DNA of 57,283 bases from a bacterium (GTDB lineage Bacteria; Bacillota; Clostridia; Christensenellales; UBA1242): contig JAILMD010000035.1 of NCBI GenBank assembly GCA_024692805.1, positions 1 through 57,283 of the forward strand, written 5' to 3'. Of the stretch, positions 56,801 through 57,283 are shown piece after piece. Within the stretch, counting starts at the first letter, position 1, and every line of letters begins with the position of its first letter. The position numbers were made by a program, and so were the translations under genes. The notes below the pieces were generated by a model. That model was given only the letters and a program-made list of their open reading frames with translations, had not been told where the DNA came from and searched no databases.

Positions 56801-56902
56801 TTCTCCAAGTTTAAAGTTGCTAACAACAACTGATAGCATCATAACTAATGCAAAAATTAGGCAACTTAGAGATTTTGTAAATTTAGAATGTTTTTGTTTC
56901 AT
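53870..56902 (-). CDS. large secreted multi-domain protein with C-terminal TM anchor (1010 aa)
   Basis: Signal peptide (LSCLIFALVMMLSVVVSNF), repeated beta-rich modules, acidic Ser/Glu stalk, a TM (LAIFFVVFSSLLLVVATIVAIVA) and a basic tail. Confidence 0.85.
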   Translation of the reverse strand: MKQKHSKFTKSLSCLIFALVMMLSVVVSNFKLGETYAAYSPVDIYSDDFSVAASWSHYQNADDSSVFNGTNAKIDLINGFDSNNLTGLANPTTRSDGSLLDAEGSVDNYVLGLFAKDAPNEKSDEAHTKVYNREQMQISGLGKNSYYVLSFHVLTKNAKTTVKLTNSVEYETDPIESDGVWAKYHLFFATLKETYSQLTLNLNYNSYESIGTNATETGYVLYDNVEMKQISELDFVNHAVNGTAIATNYYSYNPNTERNVALTGIDTDFSSTLSVYEKFEEQSSFVKADALLKDWYYYSPEDLTSLNKTNYENAYNAITSGTTDKTYFIAQTVNENSIFEVNTFNNDNYYLKLTNKTSDISLGLVSKSFKVDQLACYRVSVMLKAEKTSDKAEIMVLSKIKTGANPEGKTFSASVSSAPYTVSNDINNNWTEVVIYVRGNAFNDLDAQIVLLCGVNSTVYYDHIRVDKITSTEYNNSSSTQRLDLSPSSALQPETVTNGYFNYGTYETATLSYPITPSSWSLTSKNYDDAISGIVPTNTSIYFAGSDLETKLGGVANPISSGAQINVLAIYNPSAAPTADDSIYLFTTDGTFSLTNDKTMLVTFEVYTANINFSGNIIARLIYNDETILDFDVNQVSGTSSWTTYTFVVRTSASSQSFKLALGVSKATGTVFFRNVKTTTSLTDYETLLNANKTWSDQVANNVRLLDFIGDNATAHTTSPIDGKTYYKSNNYKVSEVKDDDENIVSGNAYILNSNNALTTIDVNLSLSNTYLSLAEAKTDTVLLLYNNLPKQSLASSLGSMTLAAKSHYKISFWVKTNESVGDHFKIYINNIDIEFDKVNTTDVIDNNGYVQYFAYIATGNSSITTVSVKFALGDANNLVSGFALIRDINVESITTEVYDAETKDLTGQETTIKAKSYVVNTSDEEETSEESSSTTDEENEDNEKETANTLAIFFVVFSSLLLVVATIVAIVASRIRKSIKPAKVKPTNVAIVKTKQTKINNKNRKDGFV

Positions 56903-57023
56903 ATTTGAGCTTCCTTTTATATTGATAAAATCATTATATATAATTATTTTTAAAAAAGCAATAAAAAAATCAGTTTACGCTATAAAAAATAATAAATTTA
57001 GCGTTTTTTGATAAACTAGTTTT

Positions 57024-57283
57024 ATGAGCGCTAAAACAAAATTGCTTTTGATTATTGGGGGAGCATTTGTTGGTTTTATTAATGGTTTTTTAGGGGCAGG
57101 CGGAGGAATTATTGTTGTTCCACTTTTAGAACTTGTTTTAAAAGAAAGCGTTAAGGTTAGTCACGCAACAGCAATTTTTATCATCTTGCCCCTTTGCATC
57201 GTTTCTAGCATTGCCTATTTAATAGGCGGCGTTTTTGATTATAAAGTTTTTATTCCGTCACATTGGCTTATTCCGTTAAAGGT
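57024..57283 (+). CDS. TauE/SafE (DUF81) family anion exporter, 5' part (runs off the window)
   Basis: MSAKTKLLLIIGGAFVGFINGFLGAGGGIIVVPLL matches the TauE N-terminal signature. Frame stays open to the window end. Confidence 0.8.
   Translation, partial: MSAKTKLLLIIGGAFVGFINGFLGAGGGIIVVPLLELVLKESVKVSHATAIFIILPLCIVSSIAYLIGGVFDYKVFIPSHWLIPLK

Overview
57.3-kb window of AT-rich DNA (by eye about one-third G+C). Standard genetic code: long conserved proteins are uninterrupted and Trp is TGG. Genes are densely packed and almost all are housekeeping, so this looks like core chromosome of an anaerobic low-GC Bacillota-type organism, possibly a reduced or uncultured lineage (inference). Supporting context: PFOR, a Bacillus-type large SRP RNA, sepF, ywlE-rpiB-like synteny and DUF421/DUF4363.

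Recognisable content:
- Metabolism: pgk-tpiA-gpmI, secG, pepF, gmk, patatin, a ComEC-like MBL hydrolase, nifJ (PFOR).
- Translation and repair: truA, rplM-rpsI, trxB-ung, uvrB-uvrA, glyQS, an rRNA-type MTase, an RluA-type pseudouridine synthase, dut.
- Lipid, envelope and division: an HtrA-like protease, acpP, yigZ-recX-acpS, lgt, sepF, glycolipid GT4 plus acyltransferase, a MOP flippase.
- Other: groES-groEL, LMW-PTP plus rpiB, a GNAT, a TauE fragment.
- One RNA gene invisible to the ORF track: an SRP RNA on the minus strand at 24498-24770.

I saw no transposase, integrase, phage gene, CRISPR array, rRNA or tRNA.

Nothing here is a clear-cut novel multi-gene system. The candidates most worth a second look are:
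- a NifU-like + GGGtGRT gene pair of unknown function (27788-29481);
- a stand-alone fusion of a HEPN-like Rx4H domain to a CBS pair (24864-25577);
- a TasA/camelysin-like domain fused to BspA-type 26-residue repeats (18532-19821);
- two type-I-anchored beta-rich surface proteins, one chained to a membrane protease;
- a groESL leader without CIRCE but with a different inverted repeat.

All functional calls rest on motif and family recognition by eye. No database search was run.
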